The position numbers were made by a program, and so were the translations under genes. A stretch of 64,000 nucleotides of DNA from a virus (Duplodnaviria; Heunggongvirae; Uroviricota; Caudoviricetes), in IMG/VR virus record IMGVR_UViG_3300021431_000002. One strand, given 5' to 3'. Positions 45,251 through 54,802 of this stretch are shown piece after piece (position 1 is the stretch's first letter; every line of letters begins with the position of its first letter). Below the pieces are notes generated by a model. The model searched no databases, was not told the DNA's origin, and saw only the letters and a program-made list of their open reading frames with translations.

Positions 45251-46291
45251 TTAAATTCCGTTATTGATTCTAATTATTGCAGAAACGGTCATTCTAATCA
45301 ATGACTCCAAATCCCTATAGTCGCATACTTCCACTTGTGTGTGCATGTTTCTGTTAGGGATTGAAAGCAAGAGTGTATCACAGTCCTCAGAAGATTGTTT
45401 AATGTGGACTGTATCTGTTCCACCGCTTCCAACTGAAAACTCTTGGTAAGGGATTTTATTTGTTTCACACACTTCTTTCAACAGTCGTGTAAACTTTCTA
45501 TTGCTATCCACACCGTGAGAAATTGCGCCACCCTTTCCAAGTTTGATGTCACCCCATTCATTAGGACTTACATAATCATCGTCGGTTGCGAATGTTACGT
45601 CATAATCAATAGAATACTGTGGGTTGATTTTAGTTGCAGCACCGACAGCCCCACTTGCTGACGTTTCTTCTTGTGTGCAAGCCACTCCATACACTTTGAC
45701 ATTCTGGAGATTGAGATTCTTCAGTTGCTTCATCACCTCTGCCATAACATAGACACCGACCTTATCGTCAAGTCCACGCCCAGCGAAACGATTAGCACCT
45801 AACTCAAGAGGGATGTCACAAATTGTGATGGGGTCTCCAATTGAGATAAGTTTATTTGCTTCTTCTTTGGTCTCAGCACCAATGTCAATTTTCATATCCT
45901 TGACCTTGATAGCCTTATCCTTATCGTCTGTATAATATTCGATATGAATTGGTATCTTGCCAATTACTCCATTCACAATACCTTTGGCAGTGTGTATGGC
46001 TACGGTTGAGCCAGGTAATACCTTTGCGTCTGTTCCTCCATCTTTGATGAAATGGACAAATCCTTTATCATCAATATGTTGAACTTGAAGACCTATCTCG
46101 TCAATATGCGCTGAAAGCATAATGACAATGTTACCATTGCCAACTGAGAAAGCAGCGTTACCAACTTTGTCGGTGAATTCATACTTTACGCCACATTCCT
46201 CTAAATAGTCTTTTACGATTTTTGTCGCATGTTCCTCATAGCCGCTAGGACTAGGTGCTTGAAGCAGATTTTTCAAAAAAGTTTTATTCAT
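45251..46291 (-). CDS. M42 family metallo-aminopeptidase (TET-like)
   Basis: PSPSGYE, SAHIDEIG, LDDKVG, TQEE, IDYDVT, GGTD and NMHTQVE; all metal ligands present. Confidence 0.9.
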   Translation of the reverse strand: MNKTFLKNLLQAPSPSGYEEHATKIVKDYLEECGVKYEFTDKVGNAAFSVGNGNIVIMLSAHIDEIGLQVQHIDDKGFVHFIKDGGTDAKVLPGSTVAIHTAKGIVNGVIGKIPIHIEYYTDDKDKAIKVKDMKIDIGAETKEEANKLISIGDPITICDIPLELGANRFAGRGLDDKVGVYVMAEVMKQLKNLNLQNVKVYGVACTQEETSASGAVGAATKINPQYSIDYDVTFATDDDYVSPNEWGDIKLGKGGAISHGVDSNRKFTRLLKEVCETNKIPYQEFSVGSGGTDTVHIKQSSEDCDTLLLSIPNRNMHTQVEVCDYRDLESLIRMTVSAIIRINNGI

Positions 46292-46727
46292 TGATAGTAT
46301 ATAAATATAAATTTTCTAAAGCATTTATTATTTTCTTATTGCCTCTATCGCCAAATTCTCTCATTGTTCTCATAATTTTTAACCACATATCTGGTCCCAA
46401 TTCCATTCTCACTTGTCCTGGAATTTTAGTATAGTTTTTAAGGAGAAAATATCGCCATAATTGTATTCTTTCGAAAGCAGCATTACATTCCCCTTCCACA
46501 ATGCATCTTGCAAGATTTCCGCTTTCCTCAAAGAAAACAGTTAATCCAGTTAGCATGGTGAAATTTTCAATTGCGTCATCGAATATGCCTTCTTTTAAAT
46601 AGCCATCATTATACAGAATGTGCATACATTTATTTTCTTTGCAGAATTCTATAAAAAGTTTGTATAACCAGTATGACTTTTGAGAAAAAATTGGCTTTTT
46701 GGCAAATTTAATATTATCCAAAGACAT
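46284..46727 (-). CDS. hypothetical protein
   Basis: 147 aa in operon. Confidence 0.75.
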   Translation of the reverse strand: MSLDNIKFAKKPIFSQKSYWLYKLFIEFCKENKCMHILYNDGYLKEGIFDDAIENFTMLTGLTVFFEESGNLARCIVEGECNAAFERIQLWRYFLLKNYTKIPGQVRMELGPDMWLKIMRTMREFGDRGNKKIINALENLYLYTINE

Positions 46728-47565
46728 CTTTAAATGGTTTTATATTCCCATTTGGATTATGTTCACCGTTTGTAGATGACAAATCAATTATGGCAAAATG
46801 TATTACCTTAAACAACCCTTGATATTTTTCAGATGCAAGAACATCAGCAAAGAATTTAGCCATTTCCTCTGGAGGTGTTCCATATGCACCGCATCCGAAA
46901 GCACTAAGAACCAATGAATCATTGCCGTTTGAGAGGGCAATATCCAATATCTGTCTTATTTTATTTTTTATGACGGTTTCAACCCAAGGAACTATTTTGC
47001 CGTTTTCAGTCTTAGGATTCTTTACCGCTGGAAGAGTAATAATGTCCACATAGAACGGCTCTTCCATTAGTCTATAATCAGCATCGTCACTTTCCTTAAA
47101 GACAATGACACGAGGACTATAGATTCCCCCATAGTTATAGTCAAGTGGGTATCTTTCTTCTTTCTGTTCTACTCCAAAATCTTTTCCAATGTCGTGGAAT
47201 TGATATAATGACTTAAAGAGGTTTGTCCGTCTAAATAGGTTTTCCTCTTGCGCTGACGAACCTCTTGTAACACCACCTCCAGGAGTATGGAATGATGCCA
47301 TATTGAGAACCGCTGGTCTCAAGTCATTGTCAATCATTTTTTTAGCCTCATAGAGGCAGTCATTGTTGACTACTTTAATTTCGGTTTCGTATCTAGGACG
47401 CTCCGTATAGTCAGCCCTAATCTTTTTATTGTAGAACCTAGTACCATGTACCATGTAGTCATCTAATCCATCAATATGAATTTCGTTGCCATTTATTGTG
47501 TAAAAACCCTTATTACATAATGCAACTGTGTTTTCATATTCTTCTATTCTTTCTTGTTTATTCAT
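46714..47565 (-). CDS. TIGR02452/DUF2263 bacterial-type poly(ADP-ribose) glycohydrolase (macrodomain)
   Basis: VLNMAS..TPGGG.TRGSSAQEENLFRRTNL; GGIYSP.V.VFK; LVLSAFGCGAYG.PP. Confidence 0.87.
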   Translation of the reverse strand: MNKQERIEEYENTVALCNKGFYTINGNEIHIDGLDDYMVHGTRFYNKKIRADYTERPRYETEIKVVNNDCLYEAKKMIDNDLRPAVLNMASFHTPGGGVTRGSSAQEENLFRRTNLFKSLYQFHDIGKDFGVEQKEERYPLDYNYGGIYSPRVIVFKESDDADYRLMEEPFYVDIITLPAVKNPKTENGKIVPWVETVIKNKIRQILDIALSNGNDSLVLSAFGCGAYGTPPEEMAKFFADVLASEKYQGLFKVIHFAIIDLSSTNGEHNPNGNIKPFKDVFG

Positions 47566-47731
47566 CGTGTTCAAGACGGAATTTATAGTCTAAAATCATA
47601 GACTGATTTTTAGTTATTTCTTTACGATAGTTCTCAGCGTTTGCCTTGTCTTTTATAGCTTTTTCTAAAAGAATGGTATTTGCTGAGACCAATTTATTAA
47701 TTGCTTCGCTTAAAACATTTTTTGATGCCAT
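47558..47731 (-). CDS. small hypothetical protein
   Basis: ATG 47731, downstream of promoter 47755. Confidence 0.65.
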   Translation of the reverse strand: MASKNVLSEAINKLVSANTILLEKAIKDKANAENYRKEITKNQSMILDYKFRLEHDE

Positions 47732-47810
47732 GATATTATATTTTTTGTTTATTGCAAATATATGAAAAAAAATCTGTATTACCAAAATGATTGGCAAAAA
47801 TACAGATTTT

Positions 47811-48176
47811 TTAACATAAATTATTTTCTATATGATTATTCAAAACATTAAATTCGTTTTTTATTTCCGTCAAATCTGTTTGAATTAACGGTAATTTGGT
47901 TTCAATAATTGCTTTTAACTGGTCAAGATTTTTCAAAAGGGTTTGGTTTTCCTTATATAATTGGGCATTATCTTCCAAGAGCTTATTAATGTCAATTCGC
48001 TCTCTGCCTTTTATTGCCTCATTATGGTTTTTTTCCCATAAGTTAACAAGGTCTAGTTCTTGTTTGATAATGTATCCAAGTTCTAGGATTAACTGTTTAT
48101 CCTTTCTACTTGCAGCATTAGCGTTTAATTCAGATAATATATCTATACACCTACTTAAATCTTTTCCGTTAATCAT
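47811..48176 (-). CDS. hypothetical coiled-coil protein
   Basis: 121-aa ORF. Confidence 0.75.
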   Translation of the reverse strand: MINGKDLSRCIDILSELNANAASRKDKQLILELGYIIKQELDLVNLWEKNHNEAIKGRERIDINKLLEDNAQLYKENQTLLKNLDQLKAIIETKLPLIQTDLTEIKNEFNVLNNHIENNLC

Positions 48177-48177
48177 A

Positions 48178-48348
48178 TTACAAGCCTTTATAAATTCCTC
48201 TATTTAACAATCTTTCCATTTCTATTGAAAAATAGTTCAATTGGTTTTCTGTGAGGTTATATATCCAATCATTAGCATAGTGTTGATAATGATTGACGTT
48301 GTTCACTTTGAATCTCCATAAGAGATATGTTTCTAATGATTTATCCAT
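48178..48348 (-). CDS. small hypothetical protein
   Basis: ATG 48348 (MDKSLETYLLW...). Confidence 0.6.
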   Translation of the reverse strand: MDKSLETYLLWRFKVNNVNHYQHYANDWIYNLTENQLNYFSIEMERLLNRGIYKGL

Positions 48349-48352
48349 ACAT

Positions 48353-48931
48353 TTAATCGTAATATTCGTCATATCCATTATATCCATATGGATTATATTG
48401 ACTTGGATAAGATGAACTACATGATGTTTTATTTTTACTTAAAACAGCTGTTTTAAGTTTAGTTTTAAGCTCATGACATATTGGTTTAATTACATCACCA
48501 TTGTATTCTAGTTTAGGAATGATGATTCGATGGAGTATTTCGCCAGTTTTGACATTTGTAAGAGTCATTTCTTCCTCATTCCAATCAACGTCATATTTAG
48601 CAAGAATTTCCAATGCACGTTTTTTCTCAAGAGGTGTGCATACTGTCCACCAGCTATCTTCACAAATAGTATCAATAGTTTTTTCGCACGGCTTATTTTG
48701 GCTAGCAATTTCAAGAACGGGTTGGTATCCCCATCCAACTCCATTGTCTAAGTTACTGCAATACTTCCAAGAATCATAGTATGCAGCCAATGAAAGTTTC
48801 TTTGTATATTGAAATTCTGGTGCTAAGTCAACACCCTCAAATATGCCAAATGCGAATCTAGTGTTGTCGTTTGTACTGCTATATGCGCTATATTTAATGA
48901 AATCGCCTTTGTTAAATGTTTTTTTCTCCAT
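48353..48931 (-). CDS. hypothetical protein
   Basis: 192-aa ORF. Confidence 0.8.
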   Translation of the reverse strand: MEKKTFNKGDFIKYSAYSSTNDNTRFAFGIFEGVDLAPEFQYTKKLSLAAYYDSWKYCSNLDNGVGWGYQPVLEIASQNKPCEKTIDTICEDSWWTVCTPLEKKRALEILAKYDVDWNEEEMTLTNVKTGEILHRIIIPKLEYNGDVIKPICHELKTKLKTAVLSKNKTSCSSSYPSQYNPYGYNGYDEYYD

Positions 48932-49547
48932 CTGTATATAAATTGAATTTTTTTATTATTCCAAATACTTGTTCATTGACATAAGGAATTGGATTCATGC
49001 CTTTGCTTATCATGGCTCTGACTAGCGTTGATGATGCATCCATCCTCTGCGTTTTTATGTACCAAAAGCCGATATTTGTCAAATCATGTCTGTATCCTTC
49101 TTGTATTATGAATGGCACTTTATCATTATCAATTTCCGTACCATCATTTCTTTTCGCCTCAATGAAACCTACTTTATTTTTAATGTCGGTTTCAAACTTT
49201 CTCCATTGAGTAACGGCATCAATTGTGTCACTACCACAAATTATGAATAATTCATCATTTGGATAAGTTTCACGAATTTTCTCCAATACTTTATAAGAAT
49301 ATGTAGGAGGCTCGATGTCTTTCTCTAATGTGCAGACTTCGCATTTATCACCAAATGCCCCTATTGATGCTGTTATCATTTCACAGCGTAATTCAAATGG
49401 TGCTGGTTCGTGTTTCTTCCAAGGATTATGTTTTGCGACAACAAATAACACCTTATCACATAGTCCACCGTTAATTGCGCAAGAGGCAATATTAACATGT
49501 GCTATATGTATTGGGTCAAATGAGCCAAGTAGCAATCCTATTTTCAT
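48912..49547 (-). CDS. nadD: nicotinate (nicotinamide) mononucleotide adenylyltransferase
   Basis: IGLLLGSFDPIHIAH (HxGH-type), HNPWK, SY..L.K..E.YP..ELF.ICGSD, SST.VR...G. Confidence 0.9.
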   Translation of the reverse strand: MKIGLLLGSFDPIHIAHVNIASCAINGGLCDKVLFVVAKHNPWKKHEPAPFELRCEMITASIGAFGDKCEVCTLEKDIEPPTYSYKVLEKIRETYPNDELFIICGSDTIDAVTQWRKFETDIKNKVGFIEAKRNDGTEIDNDKVPFIIQEGYRHDLTNIGFWYIKTQRMDASSTLVRAMISKGMNPIPYVNEQVFGIIKKFNLYTDGEKNI

Positions 49548-49812
49548 AGTTATCACTTGTTAATGCGTCAAAAATGTCAGCACCGCAAGCAGCCCCAATG
49601 CTAAACAAATAGTAAATAGGCCACCCCAAAGCGCCATATATGGCTAATTTTTCTTTATTTTTGAGCAGATAGACGTATAGTTTTTCATCAACAATTCCAT
49701 ATTTGTATGTGGAATAATTTTTGTAATCACTTATTTCGTCTTTAATGATGCTTTTTGTAACGGCATACATTATAGCGTATACTGTCAATATGATAGCGAA
49801 AATTAAAATCAT
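49516..49812 (-). CDS. membrane protein
   Basis: Two hydrophobic segments; promoter 49826. Confidence 0.7.
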   Translation of the reverse strand: MILIFAIILTVYAIMYAVTKSIIKDEISDYKNYSTYKYGIVDEKLYVYLLKNKEKLAIYGALGWPIYYLFSIGAACGADIFDALTSDNYENRIATWLI

Positions 49813-49878
49813 TATCTTTTTTTTGCAAATATATGAAAAAAAAATTAATTAACCAAGATTTTTAAGGTTTTTTTATCT

Positions 49879-50214
49879 TTAAAAAAACTTGTTAATATCT
49901 TCTATGTAAACTGAATGAATTTCTCTATCACTAGTAATCCTATTAAGTGGGGCAACTGCTGACATTTTAACGTATGAATCAATGATTTCATCCACATCTT
50001 TTAGCGTATTGTATGGACCAATCCAGATTTCTTCAGCCCATTCCTTATGCCTCACATAGTGTTTGCCATCTTTTGCTTTTCTAGACGTAAATGCACTGCG
50101 TTCAATGGGTCTTTGATACCAAGGAAGCTTGTTAACTTTTTCTTCAATGGATATGTTTTTTATTTGTTTTCGATGTTTGGAAACAAATTCTGAAATACTA
50201 GTCATAATAACCAT
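49879..50214 (-). CDS. hypothetical protein
   Basis: 111-aa ORF. Confidence 0.7.
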   Translation of the reverse strand: MVIMTSISEFVSKHRKQIKNISIEEKVNKLPWYQRPIERSAFTSRKAKDGKHYVRHKEWAEEIWIGPYNTLKDVDEIIDSYVKMSAVAPLNRITSDREIHSVYIEDINKFF

Positions 50215-50423
50215 TTTAGATTAAAAAAAATACTTGAACTACAAAATGGATGTAACTTACAAAACGTTATAAAACAAAAAAACACAATACTTAATAATGA
50301 TAGCATAAGCCAATAAACAAACGCTTTTTTTTTGTTTTCTATATTTCCGAAACACATAAATAGAAACAAAAAAATAGAACCTATCATTACAGCACATAAC
50401 ATTATATAATCAACTGTATCCAT
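50202..50423 (-). CDS. small membrane protein
   Basis: Two hydrophobic helices. Confidence 0.5.
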   Translation of the reverse strand: MDTVDYIMLCAVMIGSIFLFLFMCFGNIENKKKAFVYWLMLSLLSIVFFCFITFCKLHPFCSSSIFFNLKWLL

Positions 50424-50433
50424 TATGAAAAAA

Positions 50434-50459
50434 GGCTAGCCTTTATCCAAAAGCTAGCC
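50434..50459 (-). terminator. intrinsic terminator
   Basis: GGCTAGC/GCTAGCC stem plus T-tract on the minus strand. Confidence 0.6.
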
Positions 50460-50465
50460 AACGTA

Positions 50466-50801
50466 TTATTTCTCAATTAGTTTGGCTAAATTCTCGTCAT
50501 ATTCTTGGAATATGAGAGGGTAATACATGGAATAGAATTCACGGATATTATCTAGTCCATAGTCCTTTTTCATTTGTCTAAGGATACATTTAGCCTCCAA
50601 GATAATAATCTTTTGGATGTGTATTTCTGGAACTTTACCATCACACCAATCTTCAGCCATTTTATTGAAAATGCTGACATATCCTAGGTATTCTGCAAAA
50701 AGGATAAACAAAGGTGCTTCAACAATTATCACCTCTTCATTTGGCTGACTCTCCTTAACCTCAGTTTCAACTTTAGTTACTGTTTTTGTTTCTGTACTCA
50801 T
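50466..50801 (-). CDS. hypothetical protein
   Basis: 111-aa ORF. Confidence 0.75.
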   Translation of the reverse strand: MSTETKTVTKVETEVKESQPNEEVIIVEAPLFILFAEYLGYVSIFNKMAEDWCDGKVPEIHIQKIIILEAKCILRQMKKDYGLDNIREFYSMYYPLIFQEYDENLAKLIEK

Positions 50802-50820
50802 ATATTTTTATGTTATTAGT

Positions 50821-51036
50821 TCACCAACTATTGTAATCTGTAATATTCTTGACTTTTCCGCAATAAGGACATACTATATCAACACCGTTACCTATTCCAG
50901 TTGGTGTGAATATGTATTTGTATGGCGCATACTGTGGAAACATATCATTAGTGTTCTTTGGTCTGCACCTCTTATGCCATTGTTTAAAATCATTGGCTCT
51001 TTTTTCCTCTACGTCATTTAATGTAAAATTAGTCAT
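50821..51036 (-). CDS. small phage protein with C-terminal CPYC
   Basis: YKYIFTPTGIGNGV.IVCPYCG...NITDY..W. Confidence 0.75.
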   Translation of the reverse strand: MTNFTLNDVEEKRANDFKQWHKRCRPKNTNDMFPQYAPYKYIFTPTGIGNGVDIVCPYCGKVKNITDYNSW

Positions 51037-51151
51037 TTAATAATAAAATTCTGGGTATGAAGAACCTACATTCTTCTTATTTTCAGAACTAGTGCATTTG
51101 TTACTCATATTTCCTCCTACTATGGTAGCAGCAGTAAAAAATGGCTCATTA

Positions 51152-51607
51152 CTATAATCCGTCTGTTCCATCATCTTCAGTATCTTTAGCTATTGTTATT
51201 TTAAAATTCCTTTTGCACTTATCTTTCAACTTCTTATAAGGATTATTATACCCACTAATATAACCATAATAGTTATATGCTGTTGTAGGAGCATATCTAC
51301 TATCATCAGTTGTTTTACTTGCTGGATATGTCCTAGTATGGCTACTATTATTTTGATTGAGCGGTTTATGCTTATCTCTTATTGCTCCATAGTCGTTGTA
51401 ATCAGGAAAAAACCAAGATATTTCGTCAGCGTCTATACCGTTTCGTCTAAGATACTCCCTATCATCTTCATCAAAAAATGAATATATCACCCAAATCAAT
51501 ATTACAATTGGGAAAAATATATATTCATATTTATTAGTGGCAATCATATTCAAAATTGCCATAAATGAAGGGAACATCAATAATATTCTAAAACTAATAT
51601 AAAGCAT
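51152..51607 (-). CDS. membrane-anchored hypothetical protein
   Basis: N-terminal hydrophobic helices; promoter 51624. Confidence 0.7.
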   Translation of the reverse strand: MLYISFRILLMFPSFMAILNMIATNKYEYIFFPIVILIWVIYSFFDEDDREYLRRNGIDADEISWFFPDYNDYGAIRDKHKPLNQNNSSHTRTYPASKTTDDSRYAPTTAYNYYGYISGYNNPYKKLKDKCKRNFKITIAKDTEDDGTDGL

Positions 51608-51674
51608 ATTTTATTCTTTTGTGCAAAGATACAAAATTTTTTTTTAAATTCTAAATTTTGCGTCTTAAAAAAAG

Positions 51675-51941
51675 TTAATATTTTTTCCTCTTCACCATGA
51701 ACTTAGCAAATACGCTAGTATCATACATTGTTCGTTCCTTCTGTTCAGTATCACCGATTCTTTTATAAGTGGCACTGTTTCCATTTTTTTTCAAAATCAC
51801 AATCTCTCTTCTCTCAAGAGTGATAATAGGTGGAATGTGATATACACCCTTCTCTACTACCTCAGACCAAGGTGTAACACTTTTCAATGCTGATATTTCA
51901 GTCTTTAAATCTTGTACTGTTTTATGTTTAGCCATAAACAA
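51675..51941 (-). CDS. hypothetical protein (domain shared with C-terminus of 51942-52625)
   Basis: W..V.EKGVYHIP.I vs W..IEEGGVYVIPKI. Confidence 0.75.
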   Translation of the reverse strand: MFMAKHKTVQDLKTEISALKSVTPWSEVVEKGVYHIPPIITLERREIVILKKNGNSATYKRIGDTEQKERTMYDTSVFAKFMVKRKKY

Positions 51942-52625
51942 TTAATATTTTAATACTTTTGTGATAAATACCATGTCAATATCCCTAGGATATACAGAGG
52001 TCAAGGTTTGGCTTTCTTTGCCATATTCGTCTATCTCGCTACAACGGAGTAGTGATTCTGTCTTAATCACAACCCTTACAACTTTCCTTGATTGATGTAA
52101 TATTTTTGGTATTACATATACACCACCTTCTTCGATGTCATCCCATTCTATGTGTTTTGGGAGTTGCATCATTTTTTCCCTTCTTTCGCTATAGGTCATA
52201 GGTTTATTTATTTCTGTTTTTGAATTTGCTGTTGATACATCATTTGGCGATGGTAATGATTTAATTTCGTTTTGTAATTCACTTGTGGTTAAATACTCTT
52301 TAGTTACACCTCTTTTCTTAGGACACCAATCTGGTGTAGGAAGAGGCAACATAGGACCAGTATTTACTTTAATTAACCTAGGTCTATGAGTGTTACCAAA
52401 CTCAATGAGTGACCTACCGCAACAAGCGTTAAATTTAAGCCTTTCCTCGCCAATATAATTTTTAATCAAATTACTGCAACACTCGCAAGAGTCGTAATTA
52501 TTCATATGTTGTTTACTTTTTTTATCTTCCACAAATAAATCCCTGTCAAACTTACAAGTTTCACATTCATTACAGTTCATTCCATAGCATGGATGGACTA
52601 TATTGTCATCAATAATATGTGCCAT
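51942..52625 (-). CDS. Cys-rich hypothetical protein
   Basis: N-terminal Cys clusters, P.WCP motif. Confidence 0.8.
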   Translation of the reverse strand: MAHIIDDNIVHPCYGMNCNECETCKFDRDLFVEDKKSKQHMNNYDSCECCSNLIKNYIGEERLKFNACCGRSLIEFGNTHRPRLIKVNTGPMLPLPTPDWCPKKRGVTKEYLTTSELQNEIKSLPSPNDVSTANSKTEINKPMTYSERREKMMQLPKHIEWDDIEEGGVYVIPKILHQSRKVVRVVIKTESLLRCSEIDEYGKESQTLTSVYPRDIDMVFITKVLKY

Positions 52626-52630
52626 ATCTT

Positions 52631-53365
52631 TTAGTTAACAGTCCATTCCCAATCCTCATCGTCACCATCAAACAAGTCATCCCAAGGATTGTTCCAATCC
52701 ATTGTCGTTCTAGGCTCGTATCTTGAAGGTGGCTCTATACCTACTTTTAAATCGTCTAAATATCCTTGTTGTTTCAAGAAATTCATAAACTCTCTATTAC
52801 CAAATAAACGTCTAGGGTCATCAACATCGTGATTTTCCATAAACATTCTTTGTGCCTCAAGTATTTTCTTTATATTATCTGGTAATTCTTTCTCTGTTTC
52901 ATCGACAAAGTTGTTACCAAATATCTTTCTACATACCATATCGAATGTTTCTCGTCCAATATCTTCAAGTTGACGGAAATCTTTCACGGTTTTCTCAACA
53001 CAGCAGTGTATCAACGTATTAATTAACTGTGTGACTCTTGTTTGCACTTGTCCATTATCCCATTCATCTATAGTATCATACTTACCAAGCATTGCTTCAA
53101 AGACAGTAATTACACCACCCATTGTAGTTACACGGTAAAATGAATTTTCCGATGCTTGAGATAGAGCCACGTTAACTATCGGCTTCATACATTGAAACGA
53201 AGAGTACAAGTCATAAAAGCAAGGTCTTTTTATAATTGATACAACACCCTCTCCATTGCCAATAAAACATCTGAATCTATGATATATTTTTCTGTTTTTC
53301 AACACTCTGCATAGATATTTAAAAACTAGAATTTGTAAATCTCTATCACTAAATTTTCCATTCAT
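52631..53365 (-). CDS. hypothetical protein (probably leaderless mRNA)
   Basis: 244 aa; ATG 4 nt after the TTTG of promoter 53370. Confidence 0.85.
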   Translation of the reverse strand: MNGKFSDRDLQILVFKYLCRVLKNRKIYHRFRCFIGNGEGVVSIIKRPCFYDLYSSFQCMKPIVNVALSQASENSFYRVTTMGGVITVFEAMLGKYDTIDEWDNGQVQTRVTQLINTLIHCCVEKTVKDFRQLEDIGRETFDMVCRKIFGNNFVDETEKELPDNIKKILEAQRMFMENHDVDDPRRLFGNREFMNFLKQQGYLDDLKVGIEPPSRYEPRTTMDWNNPWDDLFDGDDEDWEWTVN

Positions 53366-53591
53366 AATGCAAATATATAAGTTTTTAGTTCAATTTCAAA
53401 ATATAAAAAGTTAATCTTTCTTAAAAGTCTCCATATCATCGTAATATTTACAATTGGGGCAATATAGAAATGGTCTCATATCGTTTTGGGGTAATGTGAC
53501 CATTAGAGTTTCCCAAGGGTAAAATTCTTTGCCACATTGAGGACATTTTTGTATGTATTTGTCAGCGATTTTTTGTATTCCTTTATCCATA

Positions 53592-54275
53592 TTAAGTCTC
53601 TAGATATAACGGTTTGTACGTCATTTTATAGTCCTCATCCAACAAAGACACACAATAGACATCAGTTCCGTTGTGCTCTGTTTTTTCGTGCTGCGTAGAA
53701 TGGAGGTGTCCATGAAGCATCACCTTTGGTTTCGCCTTGTCAACAAATCTTCTTAATGATTCGTTTCCGATGTGTGTGCCATCAGCCCACCAGCAATCTT
53801 TCTGTAAAATAATATCACTAATGCCATAAGGAGCATCGTGAGACATGATGATGTCAATTTTGCCAATTATATTAAGATGCCTTTCGTATTTCTCGTCTTG
53901 TTCTTCATATGATGGCATAAAAGCCCATCTACCAAATGGTTTACACAATGGAGTGCCATAGATTATTTTCCCTTGATATTCAAATGTCTCACAATCCAAA
54001 TAGGTAATTTTGTCACCATTGTTTTTGAGTAATAATCTAATTCTATCTGGATGTCTCTCTAACCAATGGTCATGATTACCAGCCACAAACAATACTTTTT
54101 CACATGGAAGATTATTGCACCAAGGTATAAAAACAGTCGCAAACCATTTTTCGCTTTGGGTTGAGTATGACTGTATATTAAGCGGAACAATATCACCGCA
54201 AATTAATACTATATCGCATGGTTCAACCTTAAAATCTAGTTGCCCATGCATATCTGAGAATGCGCATATTTTCAT
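53592..54275 (-). CDS. calcineurin-like metallophosphoesterase
   Basis: SDMHG, CGD, AGNHD, SHDAPYG and HGHLH motifs; promoter 54296. Confidence 0.87.
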   Translation of the reverse strand: MKICAFSDMHGQLDFKVEPCDIVLICGDIVPLNIQSYSTQSEKWFATVFIPWCNNLPCEKVLFVAGNHDHWLERHPDRIRLLLKNNGDKITYLDCETFEYQGKIIYGTPLCKPFGRWAFMPSYEEQDEKYERHLNIIGKIDIIMSHDAPYGISDIILQKDCWWADGTHIGNESLRRFVDKAKPKVMLHGHLHSTQHEKTEHNGTDVYCVSLLDEDYKMTYKPLYLET

Positions 54276-54406
54276 ATCAATATTGTGTTTTTTGGCAAAT
54301 ATATAAAAAAAAATTGGAATAAACAAATAAGTCATTCCAATTTTAATAAATAAGATGATAATATACAAGTTGACCCATTGATACATGTATACCGTCCCCA
54401 ATTTAT

Positions 54407-54766
54407 TTACCAAATTTTTTTGTAATGGACACAAATATACTCTATTCCAGCAATAGAGGCTTCTTCCCATGAATCATAAATATAGCCCCATCCACGTGTA
54501 CCCTCTTCTTTGTCTATGTCATAAGTTGGTACATCACATGGAGTCCCACTTGAAGTCTCTACAAGTTTGTTTGCGATTAGATTAATCAAACACCAACGCC
54601 ATTTTCTCTTCTTCGTTCCATACTTATGGGTATCACAAAGTATGTAAAATCCCTTGTTATCTCTTAACCATTTTAAGACCTCTGAAATGGTACTGTCTGT
54701 ACTAAACTGTTTAATTCCATGAGAATTAAAAAGATTCACTATTTTTGCTGTTAATTTATCTTCCAT
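54407..54766 (-). CDS. hypothetical protein
   Basis: T..EVLKWLR..K...YDSWEEA..AGIEY. Confidence 0.75.
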   Translation of the reverse strand: MEDKLTAKIVNLFNSHGIKQFSTDSTISEVLKWLRDNKGFYILCDTHKYGTKKRKWRWCLINLIANKLVETSSGTPCDVPTYDIDKEEGTRGWGYIYDSWEEASIAGIEYICVHYKKIW

Positions 54767-54802
54767 ATCTATTTTGGGTTAACTTCGATGTTATTACCAT
54801 AA

